The notes beneath the pieces were generated by a model, which searched no databases, was not told where the DNA came from, and saw only the letters and a program-made list of their open reading frames with translations. The translations under genes and the position numbers were made by a program. Source: Angustibacter luteus (GTDB lineage Bacteria > Actinomycetota > Actinomycetes > Actinomycetales > Angustibacteraceae). Taken from it: 64,000 bases of DNA. Location: contig NZ_BAABFP010000002.1 of NCBI RefSeq assembly GCF_039541115.1, positions 1,116,001 to 1,180,000 on the forward strand, written 5' to 3'. Positions 49,203 to 60,827 of the stretch are shown here, in pieces. The first letter of the stretch is position 1. Each line of letters opens with the position of its first letter.

Positions 49203-50831
49203 GCTGAGGCCACCGGACAGGCCGCCGCCGCGCTTGCCGGCGTACAGGTCCTGGTCGGCTCGGCGGTAGGTGCCGAGCCGGCCCCCGGGCCCGGTCTCGC
49301 CGTCTTCGTGCGACCCGCCGACGCTCCAGCCGCTGCTGACCCGCACCTGCACGCCGACGGCGAGCGTCGACCACGGGTAGCCCTGCACGCGGTCGCCGAT
49401 GCGCCGGGCCCGCTCCTCCAGAGCAGCTGGGTGCGCCATCCGCGGCACCAGGACCGCGAACTCGTCGCCGCCGAGGCGCACCGAGACGTCGCCGGCCTCC
49501 TCGCACTCACGCAGCACGCCGGCGAGCGCCCGCAGGACGTCGTCCCCGATCGCGTGGCCGTACGTGTCGTTGACGCCCTTGAAGTCGTCGACGTCCACCA
49601 GCAGCAGACCGGACGGCGACCCGACGGTGTCGACGCCCGAGAGCCAGTCGTCGAACACCCGCCGGTTGCTCAGCCCGGTCAGCGGGTCGGTGGAGGCGGC
49701 GTGCACGAGCCGCTCACGCTCGGTCCGGCCGCGGGCCACCCGGATCTGGGCGTAGGCCGCGGCCAGGACGGCCCGCCGCGACTCCCAGCTGCTCCGCACG
49801 ACGAGCTTGGCGTGGTCGCTCTGGGCCTGCAGGGCGCGCGTCTGCTGAGGGCGGACGGGCAGCCGGAGCGGGCTGGACGTCGAACCGGCCAGCACCTGCG
49901 CCCGGACCCACGCGGGGAACGTGGACGACGAGGAGGACGGAGCGATCGTGCCGGTCGGGGTGAGCAGGTCACGGGCGGCGAGCCGGGCGTCGCGCACCTC
50001 TCGGCGGTGGCCGGCCCGGCGGTAGCGGGCCAGCACCCAGGCGGCCTCGACCATCGGGAGCATCTGGGTGTCGCCGTCGCGGCGCAGCGCCTCGATGTTC
50101 GAGACGACCACGTCGTCGTCCGGCACGTCGACCCCGGTGAGCAAGCCGATCACGCACGCGCAGGACTCGCGGACCTGCGACCACAGCGCGGGCATGGGCG
50201 TGTCGCGGGCCAGGGCGAGGGCGGCGTGCGCGCGCTCCAGCTGGCGGGTCGCCTCGACGTCGTCGCCGACCTCGACCAGCGCCAGCGCCCACTCGACCCG
50301 GATCAGGACCGGGTTCACCGCGAGCGCGGCCTGCATGACGGGCTTGGGGTCGCGGCGCCCGGCCTGGGTGGCCAGCTCGTACAGCTCGTCGGTGAGCTCC
50401 CACAGCCGCAGGCTGTTGTAGGCGGCGGCGATGATCGTGTAGCCGGTCGCCCGGTCCTGTGCCGGGAGCTCCTCGTCGTCCAGGATCACCATCGCGTTGG
50501 CGGCGTCCTCGAGCATCTGCCGGGTGTCGCCGTGCAGGTTGCGCAGGACGCCGCGCACGCCCAGGGCACAGGCCACCAGGGCGAGCTGCGAGGTGCGTCG
50601 GGACTGGGCCATCAGGTCCTCGACGCGGGCGTCGGTGCGGGCGTCCGGCCCGTGCACGAGGTCGTGCACGACGGCGACGAGCTGCAGCACGAGGTCCACG
50701 CGGTTCCAGGCGTGCCTGCGCGCCACCTGCTGGGCGTGCACCACTTCGGCGAGTGCGCCCCGCGGGTCCTCCGCCTGGACACCTTCGAGCAGGTCGTACG
50801 CCCGCCGATAGGCCCGCTGCTCGTCGTCCAC
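49188..50831 (-). CDS. diguanylate cyclase (GGDEF) with helical N-terminus
   Basis: [31 protein letters not shown]; no RxxD I-site; start approximate. Confidence 0.82.
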   Translation of the reverse strand: MDDEQRAYRRAYDLLEGVQAEDPRGALAEVVHAQQVARRHAWNRVDLVLQLVAVVHDLVHGPDARTDARVEDLMAQSRRTSQLALVACALGVRGVLRNLHGDTRQMLEDAANAMVILDDEELPAQDRATGYTIIAAAYNSLRLWELTDELYELATQAGRRDPKPVMQAALAVNPVLIRVEWALALVEVGDDVEATRQLERAHAALALARDTPMPALWSQVRESCACVIGLLTGVDVPDDDVVVSNIEALRRDGDTQMLPMVEAAWVLARYRRAGHRREVRDARLAARDLLTPTGTIAPSSSSSTFPAWVRAQVLAGSTSSPLRLPVRPQQTRALQAQSDHAKLVVRSSWESRRAVLAAAYAQIRVARGRTERERLVHAASTDPLTGLSNRRVFDDWLSGVDTVGSPSGLLLVDVDDFKGVNDTYGHAIGDDVLRALAGVLRECEEAGDVSVRLGGDEFAVLVPRMAHPAALEERARRIGDRVQGYPWSTLAVGVQVRVSSGWSVGGSHEDGETGPGGRLGTYRRADQDLYAGKRGGGLSGGLSSLVR

Positions 50832-51009
50832 GCCCGTCCTTCTGCTCCGTCGCGGCCGGTCTGGTCGCTTGACCTGATGATCGGCAGGTGAGGTCGGCAC
50901 CTTGACGTGCTGGCGCGGTTCGGGAACCGCGAGGCGTTCGTGAACTGCGAGGCGGCGCGCACCCTGCTGGGTGCGCGCCGCCTCGGGCGTGCTGGGTGGC
51001 TCGGCCGGC

Positions 51010-53538
<2,529 letters not shown>

Positions 53539-53731
53539 CTGCATTCTCCTCGCGAGCGGTAGGCAGGAGCGGGGCTCTCCCCTCCCTCGCCACGTCGATG
53601 CTATCCCCGTGGTGTGACACGAGCCGGATCGTCGCCCACATCGTGACCTCACGGACACCCGGACAGACCAGACCTGCGTCTGATCGGCTCAACGTCGGGT
53701 GGACCTGAGCATGTTCCGCCGAGGGGCCCGC

Positions 53732-53818
53732 GTTCGCCCTGCGCGGAATCCCGCTGGGCGAACCTGCATGATCACTAAGCGAGGTCCTCGCGGTGATCAT
53801 GCACGTTCGCCCCGCGCG
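53732..53818. promoter_or_regulatory. ClgR-type boxes upstream of clpC with an embedded palindrome
   Basis: GTTCGC-N5-GCG at 53732-53745 and 53805-53818; imperfect palindrome 53756-53812. Confidence 0.55.
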
Positions 53819-53836
53819 GTGCGGCACACTCCTCGG

Positions 53837-54166
53837 ATGGATCAGGTGCTGGTGCTGCTGGACGCCCGGGTCGCCGAGGCTGCCGAGGCGTGGCTGACGG
53901 ACCCGCGGGACGTCGGGGTCTACGCGCGGCTGGTGGCCGCCGTCCAGGACCGCCGACGGCACCTGAGCCCGCCGGACGACGTCCCCGCCGGTCCGGACGA
54001 CGAGAGGGACCTCCGGTCCGACGCGAGCCCCGGGCAGGGGGCCGACGAGGACGTCGACGGGCTCGCATCGGACCGGGCCAGCACCGTCCGCTCCGTCGGA
54101 GAGGCGCTCGCCGGCGACCCGCGGGACGCGTTGGCGCGACTGCGCCGGGGCGGCACGATCCCCTGA
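53837..54166 (+). CDS. hypothetical protein (109 aa)
   Basis: GC3-rich frame MDQVLVLLDARVAEAAEAWLTDPRDVGVYARLV..., followed by a hairpin. Confidence 0.6.
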   Translation: MDQVLVLLDARVAEAAEAWLTDPRDVGVYARLVAAVQDRRRHLSPPDDVPAGPDDERDLRSDASPGQGADEDVDGLASDRASTVRSVGEALAGDPRDALARLRRGGTIP

Positions 54167-54169
54167 ACG

Positions 54170-54262
54170 ACCAAGGGCCCGCACCACACGCTGCTGCGTG
54201 GTGCGGGCCGTCCAACCGCCGGGACGGGCACTGGAGTGGCCGGCGGCTGGTCTCGGTTCGAC
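54170..54262 (-). ncRNA. candidate ~90-nt two-hairpin small RNA
   Basis: Downstream of a conserved promoter, no RBS or ORF, 11-bp stem (54212-54250) then terminator stem (54176-54209). Inference only. Confidence 0.35.
54176..54209. terminator. bidirectional hairpin terminator
   Basis: Perfect 12-bp stem GGCCCGCACCAC / GTGGTGCGGGCC. Confidence 0.7.
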
Positions 54263-54268
54263 GAGGTG

Positions 54269-54366
54269 AGTCTTGCCTGCAGAACCGCTGCGAGACAAGG
54301 GGGACGGCGCCCCGCGTCGGGCGTCGCTCAGCCCTTCGTGCGGAGGGCGGTAAAGACGGTAGAAAA
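54269..54366 (-). promoter_or_regulatory. promoter/operator block copy A
   Basis: Minus TTTTCTAC-N4-TTTACC ... TTGTCT-N18-AAGACT; same spacing as copy B. Confidence 0.6.
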
Positions 54367-54389
54367 GTGCTGCGCCAAGCACATGATCA

Positions 54390-55304
54390 TCAGTCCCAGT
54401 CCCAGGTCAGCCCGTACTCGCCGGCCGGCTGGTCGAAGACCACGGACCGCAGCACCCCCGCCGCCGAGACCCGCACCGGGCTGCGCTGCTCGTGCTTGCC
54501 CGCAGGCTTGCGCAGCGCGAACGAGCGGACCGGGACCTGCTCGGGGTCGAAGAACACCTCGACGACGCACATCCGCACCGGCCGGTAGAACAGCGCCGTG
54601 CAGTTGATCGACGGCTCCCCCTCGGGGTCCAGGTGCGCCTCGTACTCCACGACCGTGCGCTCACCCTTGGCCAGCGTGGTGTCGAGCACCAGCTCGGTGA
54701 CGACGAAGCCGTCGCTGGTGGCGCGCTGACGGCCCACGCTGACCCCGGCGATCGCTTCCACGTGCAGCTGGTCGGGACGTCCGGTCAGCCTGGCCATCGT
54801 CAGCCGGGTGCGGGTCAGGTCGTCGCGCATGGCCTCGACCACGTTGAGGTGCCGCGCCGTGCGCTCCACCCGGCGGCCGTCGACCCGCTGGCGCAGGTGG
54901 GCGCTGACCACCCGCAGGTCTGGCTTGACCAGGTCGAGCTCGCTCAGCACGGCGCTCAGCGACGCCGAGTCCCGCCAGATGGTCTCGTCGTCCACCGGCC
55001 GCGCCGCGTCCCGGCCGCGCCGGCGCTTCTGCCCGAGCAGGTCGGACAGCGAACGCGCCTCCAGGCCGAGCACCAGCTCCAGCTCGGCCAGCGCCGCCAT
55101 GGACACCGGCCGCTCCGGACGCCGGGTGCCGCGCACCCAGCAGCTCAGCGTCGGCACGCTGACCGTGGCGCCCCGCTCGGTGAGCCGGTGCTGCAGCCGC
55201 TGCAGGGTCAGCCCGCGGTGCTCGACCGCCGTAGCCAGCGCCTCGTGGAAGGGACCGCGCTCGAGCAGGTGAGCGAGGTCGTCGCGCCGGTCCTGGTCCG
55301 TCAT
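54390..55304 (-). CDS. XRE-type HTH regulator with uncharacterised beta-rich C-terminal domain (paralog 1)
   Basis: GPFHEALATAVEHRGLTLQRL...VSVPTLSCWVRGTRRPER; ends QPAGEYGLTWDWD. Confidence 0.75.
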   Translation of the reverse strand: MTDQDRRDDLAHLLERGPFHEALATAVEHRGLTLQRLQHRLTERGATVSVPTLSCWVRGTRRPERPVSMAALAELELVLGLEARSLSDLLGQKRRRGRDAARPVDDETIWRDSASLSAVLSELDLVKPDLRVVSAHLRQRVDGRRVERTARHLNVVEAMRDDLTRTRLTMARLTGRPDQLHVEAIAGVSVGRQRATSDGFVVTELVLDTTLAKGERTVVEYEAHLDPEGEPSINCTALFYRPVRMCVVEVFFDPEQVPVRSFALRKPAGKHEQRSPVRVSAAGVLRSVVFDQPAGEYGLTWDWD

Positions 55305-55383
55305 GCGCCCTCCCATCGGCAGCGGTGCGGATCGTGACGAACAGTGTCACCTGACCAGGGTGCGCTCGCCAGACGCGCGCGAG

Positions 55384-55423
55384 CGCGACCCGCACCGCCC
55401 GGGTACAGGCGGTGCGGGTCGCG
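55384..55423 (-). terminator. hairpin terminator after the M4 gene
   Basis: Perfect 16-bp stem CGCGACCCGCACCGCC / GGCGGTGCGGGTCGCG. Confidence 0.7.
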
Positions 55424-55439
55424 GTCTCGCGGTCCGCAG

Positions 55440-57665
55440 TCAGCCCGTGGTGACCGCCGTGTCGTCCACGACGAAGCTGGTCTGCAGGTAGGCGTCCTCG
55501 TTGAGCAGGAACTTCACCGTGACGCTCTGGCCGCGGTAGCGGGACAGGTCGACGGTCTTCTGCACGTAGCCGCTGGATGCGTTCCGGTTGGAGTACGTGG
55601 CCAGCGTGCTGGTGGTGCCACCCGCGATGCCCTGGATCTTCAGGGTGTCGTAGGCGACGTCCTCGTTCTCCTCGGTGTCGATCGCCACCCAGAAGCTCAG
55701 GGTCGCCGAGGTCGCCGAGGCCGGGATCGTGACGGCCTGCTGCTCGTACTCGGTGGCCCGGTAGCCGTAGCCGCCGAGCCACGCCTTGTACGAGCCGGTG
55801 CGGGCCGGTCGCGCCGCGTCGTTGCTGATCGGGCCACGGGTGCCGGTCCAGCCGGTCTGGCCGGACTCGAACCCGGGGTTGGTCAGCAGGTTCTGACCGG
55901 ACGGCGGCGTCGTGGTCGGCGTCCCGGTGGGCGTCTGGGTCGGGGTCTGGGTGGGGGTCTGGGTGGGGGTCTGGGTCGGGGTATGGGTCGGGGTGGTCGT
56001 GGAGCACTTGGTGGTGCCCTCGGCCACGGACACCGCGGACCAGGTCGCGGCGATGCCGGCGCACTCGGCGCTGCTGGCGCCGTACAGGTCGATCGCCGCC
56101 TTGAGCGTGCTGTTGCGCGCCTGCGGGTAGGTCTCGGTCGACGTCATGTACGTGCTGAGCGCCCGGTACCAGATCTTCTCGACCTTGGACCGGCCGATGC
56201 CGGCCAGGGTCGAGCCGTTGCAGGTCGCGCTGTTGTAGCTGACACCGTTGATCGTCTTGGCGCCCGAGCCCTCGCTGGCCAGGTAGAAGAAGTGGTTGCC
56301 GACCCCGGAGGAGTAGTGCGGGTCGAGGTTCTTGGTGCTGGTCGACCAGCAGTCGACGCTGCCTGCGCCGTCCTTGGACGGTTTGTCCATGTACCGCAAC
56401 GGGGTGCCGTTGCCGTTGAAGTTGATCTTCTCGCCGAGCAGGTAGTCACCGACGTCGTTGGGGTTGTTCTCGTAGAACTCGACGGAGGTGCCGAAGATGT
56501 CGGACGTCGACTCGTTCAGCCCGCCAGCGTCGCCGGTGTAGGCCAGGCCCGCGGTGTTCTCGGTGACACCGTGGCTCATCTCGTGACCCGCGATGTCGAT
56601 CTCGACGAGCGGGCTCGCACTGTTGCGCCCGTCGCCGTACGTCATCTGGGCGCCGTCCCAGAAGGCGTTGTTGTAGGCGCTGCCGTAGTGCACCCGCGAG
56701 CGCACACCGTTGCCGTTGTCGAAGATGCCGTTCCGGCCGTGCACGGACCTGTAGTAGTCCCAGGTCGCCGCCGCGCCGTAGTGCGCGTCGGCCGCCGCTG
56801 AGGCGCGGTCACTGGTGGCGTTGTTGCCCCAGACGTTGTCCGCATCGGTGAACGTCGTGCCGTTGCCGGACGTCGCCCCCTTGAGGTCGGTGGTGGTGCC
56901 GTTGCCGTGCGCGGTGTCGACGAGCGAGTAGCTGCTGCCGCTGCCGCTCGTGGTGATCGTGACGTTGCCGGAGTACAGGGTCTTCCCGGTGCCCTCGGCG
57001 GTCTCGATGTCGTCCCAGGTCGTCAGGGTCCGGCCGGTGACGGCGTCCACGAGGGTGTGGATGCGGCTGGGGGTCTGGTCGGCCCGGGTGCCGGTGGTCA
57101 CCACGTCGTAGGCGAGCCGAGGGCTGGCGCCGGCGGCGTAGACGACGAGCTCGGGGCTGGCGTCCTTGCTGGCGCCGGCCCGCAGCGCTGAACCGTCCTG
57201 CTGGGCGAACCCGCGGGCGGCCAAGGCACCGTCCGCGGACGCGGTCCCGGGACGCACGCTTGGCGTGGTCGACCCCACCGCGACCACACCGGAGCCGGCG
57301 TGGTCCACCGAGTGCACCGCGCCGGTCGCGTCGCGGTGCACCACGAGGTCACCCCCGATGGCCCGCAGGCCGGCGAAGCTGCGCTCGTAGCGGGTGTGCA
57401 CGGTGCCGTTCGCGTCAGTGATCACGTCCTTGACCCGCAGGGTCTCCTGCGGACCCAGCCCGAGAACCTTGCCGACGGACGGGGCGGCGACCTGAGCCGA
57501 CGCGAGCAGGGCGGCTCGGGACGGCTGGGGCGGGGACTGGGCGGACGACTGGGCCAGGCCGGACGCCGGACCGGCCGGGACGGCGGCCGATCCCGTGCCG
57601 GGCACGAAGACGGAGGCCGCGACGGCTGCTGCCGCGACGGCGCCCAGGGTTGTCGTTCTCTTCAC
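55440..57665 (-). CDS. secreted M4 metallopeptidase with Pro/Thr linker and C-terminal beta-sandwich module (paralog of 6642-8756)
   Basis: GTG start with GAGGAG RBS; NAFWDG, HEMSH, GGLNESTSD, DPHYSSG; NLLTNPGFESG tail. Confidence 0.92.
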   Translation of the reverse strand: MKRTTTLGAVAAAAVAASVFVPGTGSAAVPAGPASGLAQSSAQSPPQPSRAALLASAQVAAPSVGKVLGLGPQETLRVKDVITDANGTVHTRYERSFAGLRAIGGDLVVHRDATGAVHSVDHAGSGVVAVGSTTPSVRPGTASADGALAARGFAQQDGSALRAGASKDASPELVVYAAGASPRLAYDVVTTGTRADQTPSRIHTLVDAVTGRTLTTWDDIETAEGTGKTLYSGNVTITTSGSGSSYSLVDTAHGNGTTTDLKGATSGNGTTFTDADNVWGNNATSDRASAAADAHYGAAATWDYYRSVHGRNGIFDNGNGVRSRVHYGSAYNNAFWDGAQMTYGDGRNSASPLVEIDIAGHEMSHGVTENTAGLAYTGDAGGLNESTSDIFGTSVEFYENNPNDVGDYLLGEKINFNGNGTPLRYMDKPSKDGAGSVDCWSTSTKNLDPHYSSGVGNHFFYLASEGSGAKTINGVSYNSATCNGSTLAGIGRSKVEKIWYRALSTYMTSTETYPQARNSTLKAAIDLYGASSAECAGIAATWSAVSVAEGTTKCSTTTPTHTPTQTPTQTPTQTPTQTPTGTPTTTPPSGQNLLTNPGFESGQTGWTGTRGPISNDAARPARTGSYKAWLGGYGYRATEYEQQAVTIPASATSATLSFWVAIDTEENEDVAYDTLKIQGIAGGTTSTLATYSNRNASSGYVQKTVDLSRYRGQSVTVKFLLNEDAYLQTSFVVDDTAVTTG

Positions 57666-57758
57666 TGCGTCTCCTCGAGAAGGGCTGCGCGGGGTGGTCC
57701 GCGAGCGGGACGCGCCTGCGGTCCGGGCAAACCGGGCAGATCCGACGGCGCGCCGCGC

Positions 57759-57856
57759 AGTCTGGTCACGGAACCCGCTGTGCGACAAGGGGTGTGGAGG
57801 TCGCGCGGACGCGGTCCGGCAGGCGCCGTGCGGACGCAGGTAAATTTCGTAGAAAA
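57759..57856 (-). promoter_or_regulatory. promoter/operator block copy B (upstream of the M4 gene)
   Basis: Minus TTTTCTAC-N4-TTTACC ... TTGTCG-N18-CAGACT, about 94 nt before the M4 start. Confidence 0.65.
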
Positions 57857-57886
57857 CCCGGACGAGCCCCCGGCGTCAGTCGGACG

Positions 57887-58804
57887 TCAGGCCGGCCACT
57901 GCCAGGTGAGTCCGTACTCGCCCGCCGGTTGGTCGAACAGTGCGGTGCGCAGCACCCCTGCGGACGACAGCGGGACGTCGACCCGCTGCTCGTGCTTGCC
58001 GGCCGGCCGCCGCAGCGCGAACCCCCTGGCGGGCAACCGGTCCGGATCGAAGAAGACCTCCACCAGGCACTGCCGCACCGGGCGGTGGAACAGCGCGGTG
58101 CACTCGGTGGACGGGGCTCCGGCCGCGTCGAGCTGCACCGCGTACTCGACGATGGTGCGCCCACCCTTGGCGAGCGTCGCGTCCAGCAGCAGCTCGGCGA
58201 CGAGGAACCCGTCGGGGGTCCGACGCAGCCGTCCGGTCTGCGCGCCGGTGACGGCCCGGAGCCGGGTGGCCTCCGTGCTGCCGGCCAGGTGCCCGATGGT
58301 GACCCGCATGCGGTCGGTGTCGTCCTTGGTGGACTCCATGACGTTGACGTGGCGCAGCTCGCGCTCGACACCCCGCTCGTCCACGGTCTGCCGGACGTGC
58401 ACGCTGACCACCCGCAGGTCCGGGCGGGGCAGGTCGAGCTCGCGCAGCGCGTCGTGCAGGGACCGCGACGGCTGCCACAGCTCGGCGTCCGCGATCGGCC
58501 GGGCGGCGTCGCGACCTCGGCGGCGCGGGCGTCCGAGCAGGTCCGAGAGGGCGCGCGGCGGTAGCCCCAGCACGCCCTCGAGCTCGGCGAGCGCCTGGCG
58601 GGACTGCGGCCGCTCCGGCTGACGGGTACCGCGCACCCAGCAGCTCAACGTCGGGACGCTGACCGGGCTCGCGCGCAGGGCCAGGTGGTGCTGCAGGCGG
58701 GCGAGCGTCAGGCCACGGTTCGCGACGGCCGCCGCGAGCGCCTCGTGGAACGGGCCGTGCTCGAGCAGCCGGGTCAGCTCGTCGGGCAGCGTCTGCTCGC
58801 TCAC
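57887..58804 (-). CDS. XRE-type HTH regulator (paralog 2)
   Basis: GPFHEALAAAVANRGLTLARL...VSVPTLSCWVRGTRQPER; ends QPAGEYGLTWQWPA. Confidence 0.75.
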   Translation of the reverse strand: MSEQTLPDELTRLLEHGPFHEALAAAVANRGLTLARLQHHLALRASPVSVPTLSCWVRGTRQPERPQSRQALAELEGVLGLPPRALSDLLGRPRRRGRDAARPIADAELWQPSRSLHDALRELDLPRPDLRVVSVHVRQTVDERGVERELRHVNVMESTKDDTDRMRVTIGHLAGSTEATRLRAVTGAQTGRLRRTPDGFLVAELLLDATLAKGGRTIVEYAVQLDAAGAPSTECTALFHRPVRQCLVEVFFDPDRLPARGFALRRPAGKHEQRVDVPLSSAGVLRTALFDQPAGEYGLTWQWPA

Positions 58805-58810
58805 CTGCGG

Positions 58811-59794
58811 TCAGGCGCTGCGCTTCTTGGCGACCGTCTTCTTGGCCGTGGCCTTGCTCGTGCTGCTGGTGCTCTTCTTCGCCGCGGCCTTCTTCGTGGT
58901 TGCCTTCTTGGCCGCGGTCTTCTTCGCCGCGGCCTTGGTGGTGGACTTCGCGGCTGCCTTCTTGGCGGCCTTGCCGGACGAGCCATCCTCGGTCGACGCG
59001 GACTCGGCGGGCTTGCCCTTGGCCGCGTCCACGGACCGCTGCAGGGCGGCCATCAGGTCGAGCACCTGGCCGCTGTCGACCGACGACGTGCCGGGCTCCT
59101 CGACCTTGCTGCTCTCGCCCTTGTCGAGCTTGCCCTCGACGACGGCGACGACCGCCTCGCGGTACTCGTCACCGAACTCGTCCGGGTCGTACTCGCCGGC
59201 CATCGACTCGATCAGCGAGGAGGCCATCGCCAGCTCCTGCGGGCGCAGCTCGTCGAGGTCCCCGAGGGTGTCGAAGTCGGCCTGCCGGATCTCGTCCGGC
59301 CACAGCATCGTCTGGAGCACGATGACGTCGTCCCGGACGCGCAGCACCGCGAGTGTCGACCGGCTGCGGATCGCGACGTGCACCAGCGCCATCCGGTCGG
59401 AGGCCTTGAGGGCTTCGCGGAGCAGCGCGTAGGGCTTGACGCCGGACTTCTCCGGCTCGAGGTAGTAGGACTTCTCGAAGAGCATCGGGTCGATCTGCTC
59501 CGACGGGACGAAGCGCTCGACGTCGATCTCGCGACTGCCGGTGACGGGCAGCTCGGCCAGGTCCTCGTCGGTCAGCACCACCAGGTCACCCTCGGGGGAC
59601 TCGTACCCCTTGGCGATCTCGTCGTACGCAACCTCTTCGCCGCAGACCTGGCAGACCCGGCGGTAGCGGATCCGGCCGCCGTCCTTGCGGTGCACCTGGT
59701 GAAACGCGACGTCGTGGCTCTGGGTGGCGGTGTACATCTTCACCGGCACGTTCACCAGGCCGAACGAGACCGCGCCCTTCCACATCGCCCTCAT
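58811..59794 (-). CDS. ku: NHEJ Ku protein with Ala/Lys-rich C-terminal tail
   Basis: MRAMWKGAVSFGLVNVPVK, EIAKGYE, VLDLMAALQRSV, AAKK repeats. Confidence 0.95.
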   Translation of the reverse strand: MRAMWKGAVSFGLVNVPVKMYTATQSHDVAFHQVHRKDGGRIRYRRVCQVCGEEVAYDEIAKGYESPEGDLVVLTDEDLAELPVTGSREIDVERFVPSEQIDPMLFEKSYYLEPEKSGVKPYALLREALKASDRMALVHVAIRSRSTLAVLRVRDDVIVLQTMLWPDEIRQADFDTLGDLDELRPQELAMASSLIESMAGEYDPDEFGDEYREAVVAVVEGKLDKGESSKVEEPGTSSVDSGQVLDLMAALQRSVDAAKGKPAESASTEDGSSGKAAKKAAAKSTTKAAAKKTAAKKATTKKAAAKKSTSSTSKATAKKTVAKKRSA

Positions 59795-59873
59795 CTGCCC
59801 GCTCCCTCCGGTCCGACGACAGCCGGCCCGACATATGTCGTCTTCACGACGACGCTACAGGCAGGATGGTCCT

Positions 59874-60827
59874 ATGCGCCCCATGCTCGCCACCCCTGCG
59901 CCCTCTGGCGCAACGCCGCCGGGGGGCGACGACTGGGTGCACGAGGTCAAGTGGGACGGGATGCGGGTCCTCGCGGACGTGACCGACGGACGGCTGCGGC
60001 TGACCTCGCGCACCGAGTCCGACGTCACGGTGTCGTACCCCGAGCTGGCCGGTCTGGTGGACGTGGTGGCCGACGGGATGCTGGACGGCGAGGTGGTGGC
60101 GTTCGCGAACGGCAAGCCGGACTTCGGGGTGCTGGCGGAGCGGATGCACGTGAAGGACGCCCGGCGGGCGGCCGCTCTGGCGCAACGGTTCCCGGTGTCC
60201 TACGTGGTGTTCGACGTGCTGCGGCTGTACGGGGTACCGCTGCTCGGACGCGCCTTCGACGAGCGCCGGCACACCTTGGAGCGGATCGAGCTCGGCGAGC
60301 CGGGGGCGGGGCCGTGGCAGGTCCCCGGCGTGTTCGACGACGGGGCCGCCCTGCTGGAGGCCACGAAGGCCAACGGGCTCGAGGGCATCGTCAGCAAACG
60401 ACGCAGCTCCGTGTACCGCCCCGGAGTGCGCAGCCGGGACTGGGTCAAGCGCGCCCACCGCAGCACCCAGACCTGCGTGGTCGGCGGGTGGCGCCCGCAG
60501 ACCGGGACGTCGTCGGTGGTGGGTGCGTTGCTGGTCGGGCTGCCGGACGGCGCGGGGCGGCTGACGTACCTGGGACGCGTAGGGTCCGGCATCGGCGGGA
60601 ACGCGGCGAGACTGCTGTCCGGGCTGCTGGACCCGTTGGCCCGCAACGACTCCCCGTTCGCCGACGACGTCCCGGCCATCGACGCCCGCGGCACCCACTG
60701 GGTGCAGCCGACCGTCTGCGTGGAGGTCGAGCACCTCGGCTACGGCTCGGGTGGGCGGCTGCGGCAGCCGGCCTGGCGCGGCGTCCGGCGCGACGTCCGG
60801 GTGGAGGAGCTGGTCCGTGAGTCCTGA
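59874..60827 (+). CDS. ligD: ATP-dependent DNA ligase (LigD ligase domain, stand-alone)
   Basis: PMLAT, EVKWDG motif I, LDGEVV, FDVL, EGIVSK, WVK. Confidence 0.9.
   Translation: MRPMLATPAPSGATPPGGDDWVHEVKWDGMRVLADVTDGRLRLTSRTESDVTVSYPELAGLVDVVADGMLDGEVVAFANGKPDFGVLAERMHVKDARRAAALAQRFPVSYVVFDVLRLYGVPLLGRAFDERRHTLERIELGEPGAGPWQVPGVFDDGAALLEATKANGLEGIVSKRRSSVYRPGVRSRDWVKRAHRSTQTCVVGGWRPQTGTSSVVGALLVGLPDGAGRLTYLGRVGSGIGGNAARLLSGLLDPLARNDSPFADDVPAIDARGTHWVQPTVCVEVEHLGYGSGGRLRQPAWRGVRRDVRVEELVRES

Noticed and set aside
53920..54231. 103-aa minus-strand ORF as target of promoter copy A
   Set aside because: No RBS, crosses a terminator hairpin and is antisense to a better GC3 frame.
55334..55350. 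GTGAC-N7-GTCAC palindrome upstream of XRE paralog 1
   Set aside because: Short, no counterpart upstream of paralog 2, and spacing does not fit CRP; could be chance.
59829..59840. CGACATATGTCG palindrome and TGTCGG in the ku/ligD gap as a damage promoter
   Set aside because: No TAnnnT at the required 10-nt spacing; the palindrome alone is uninterpretable.
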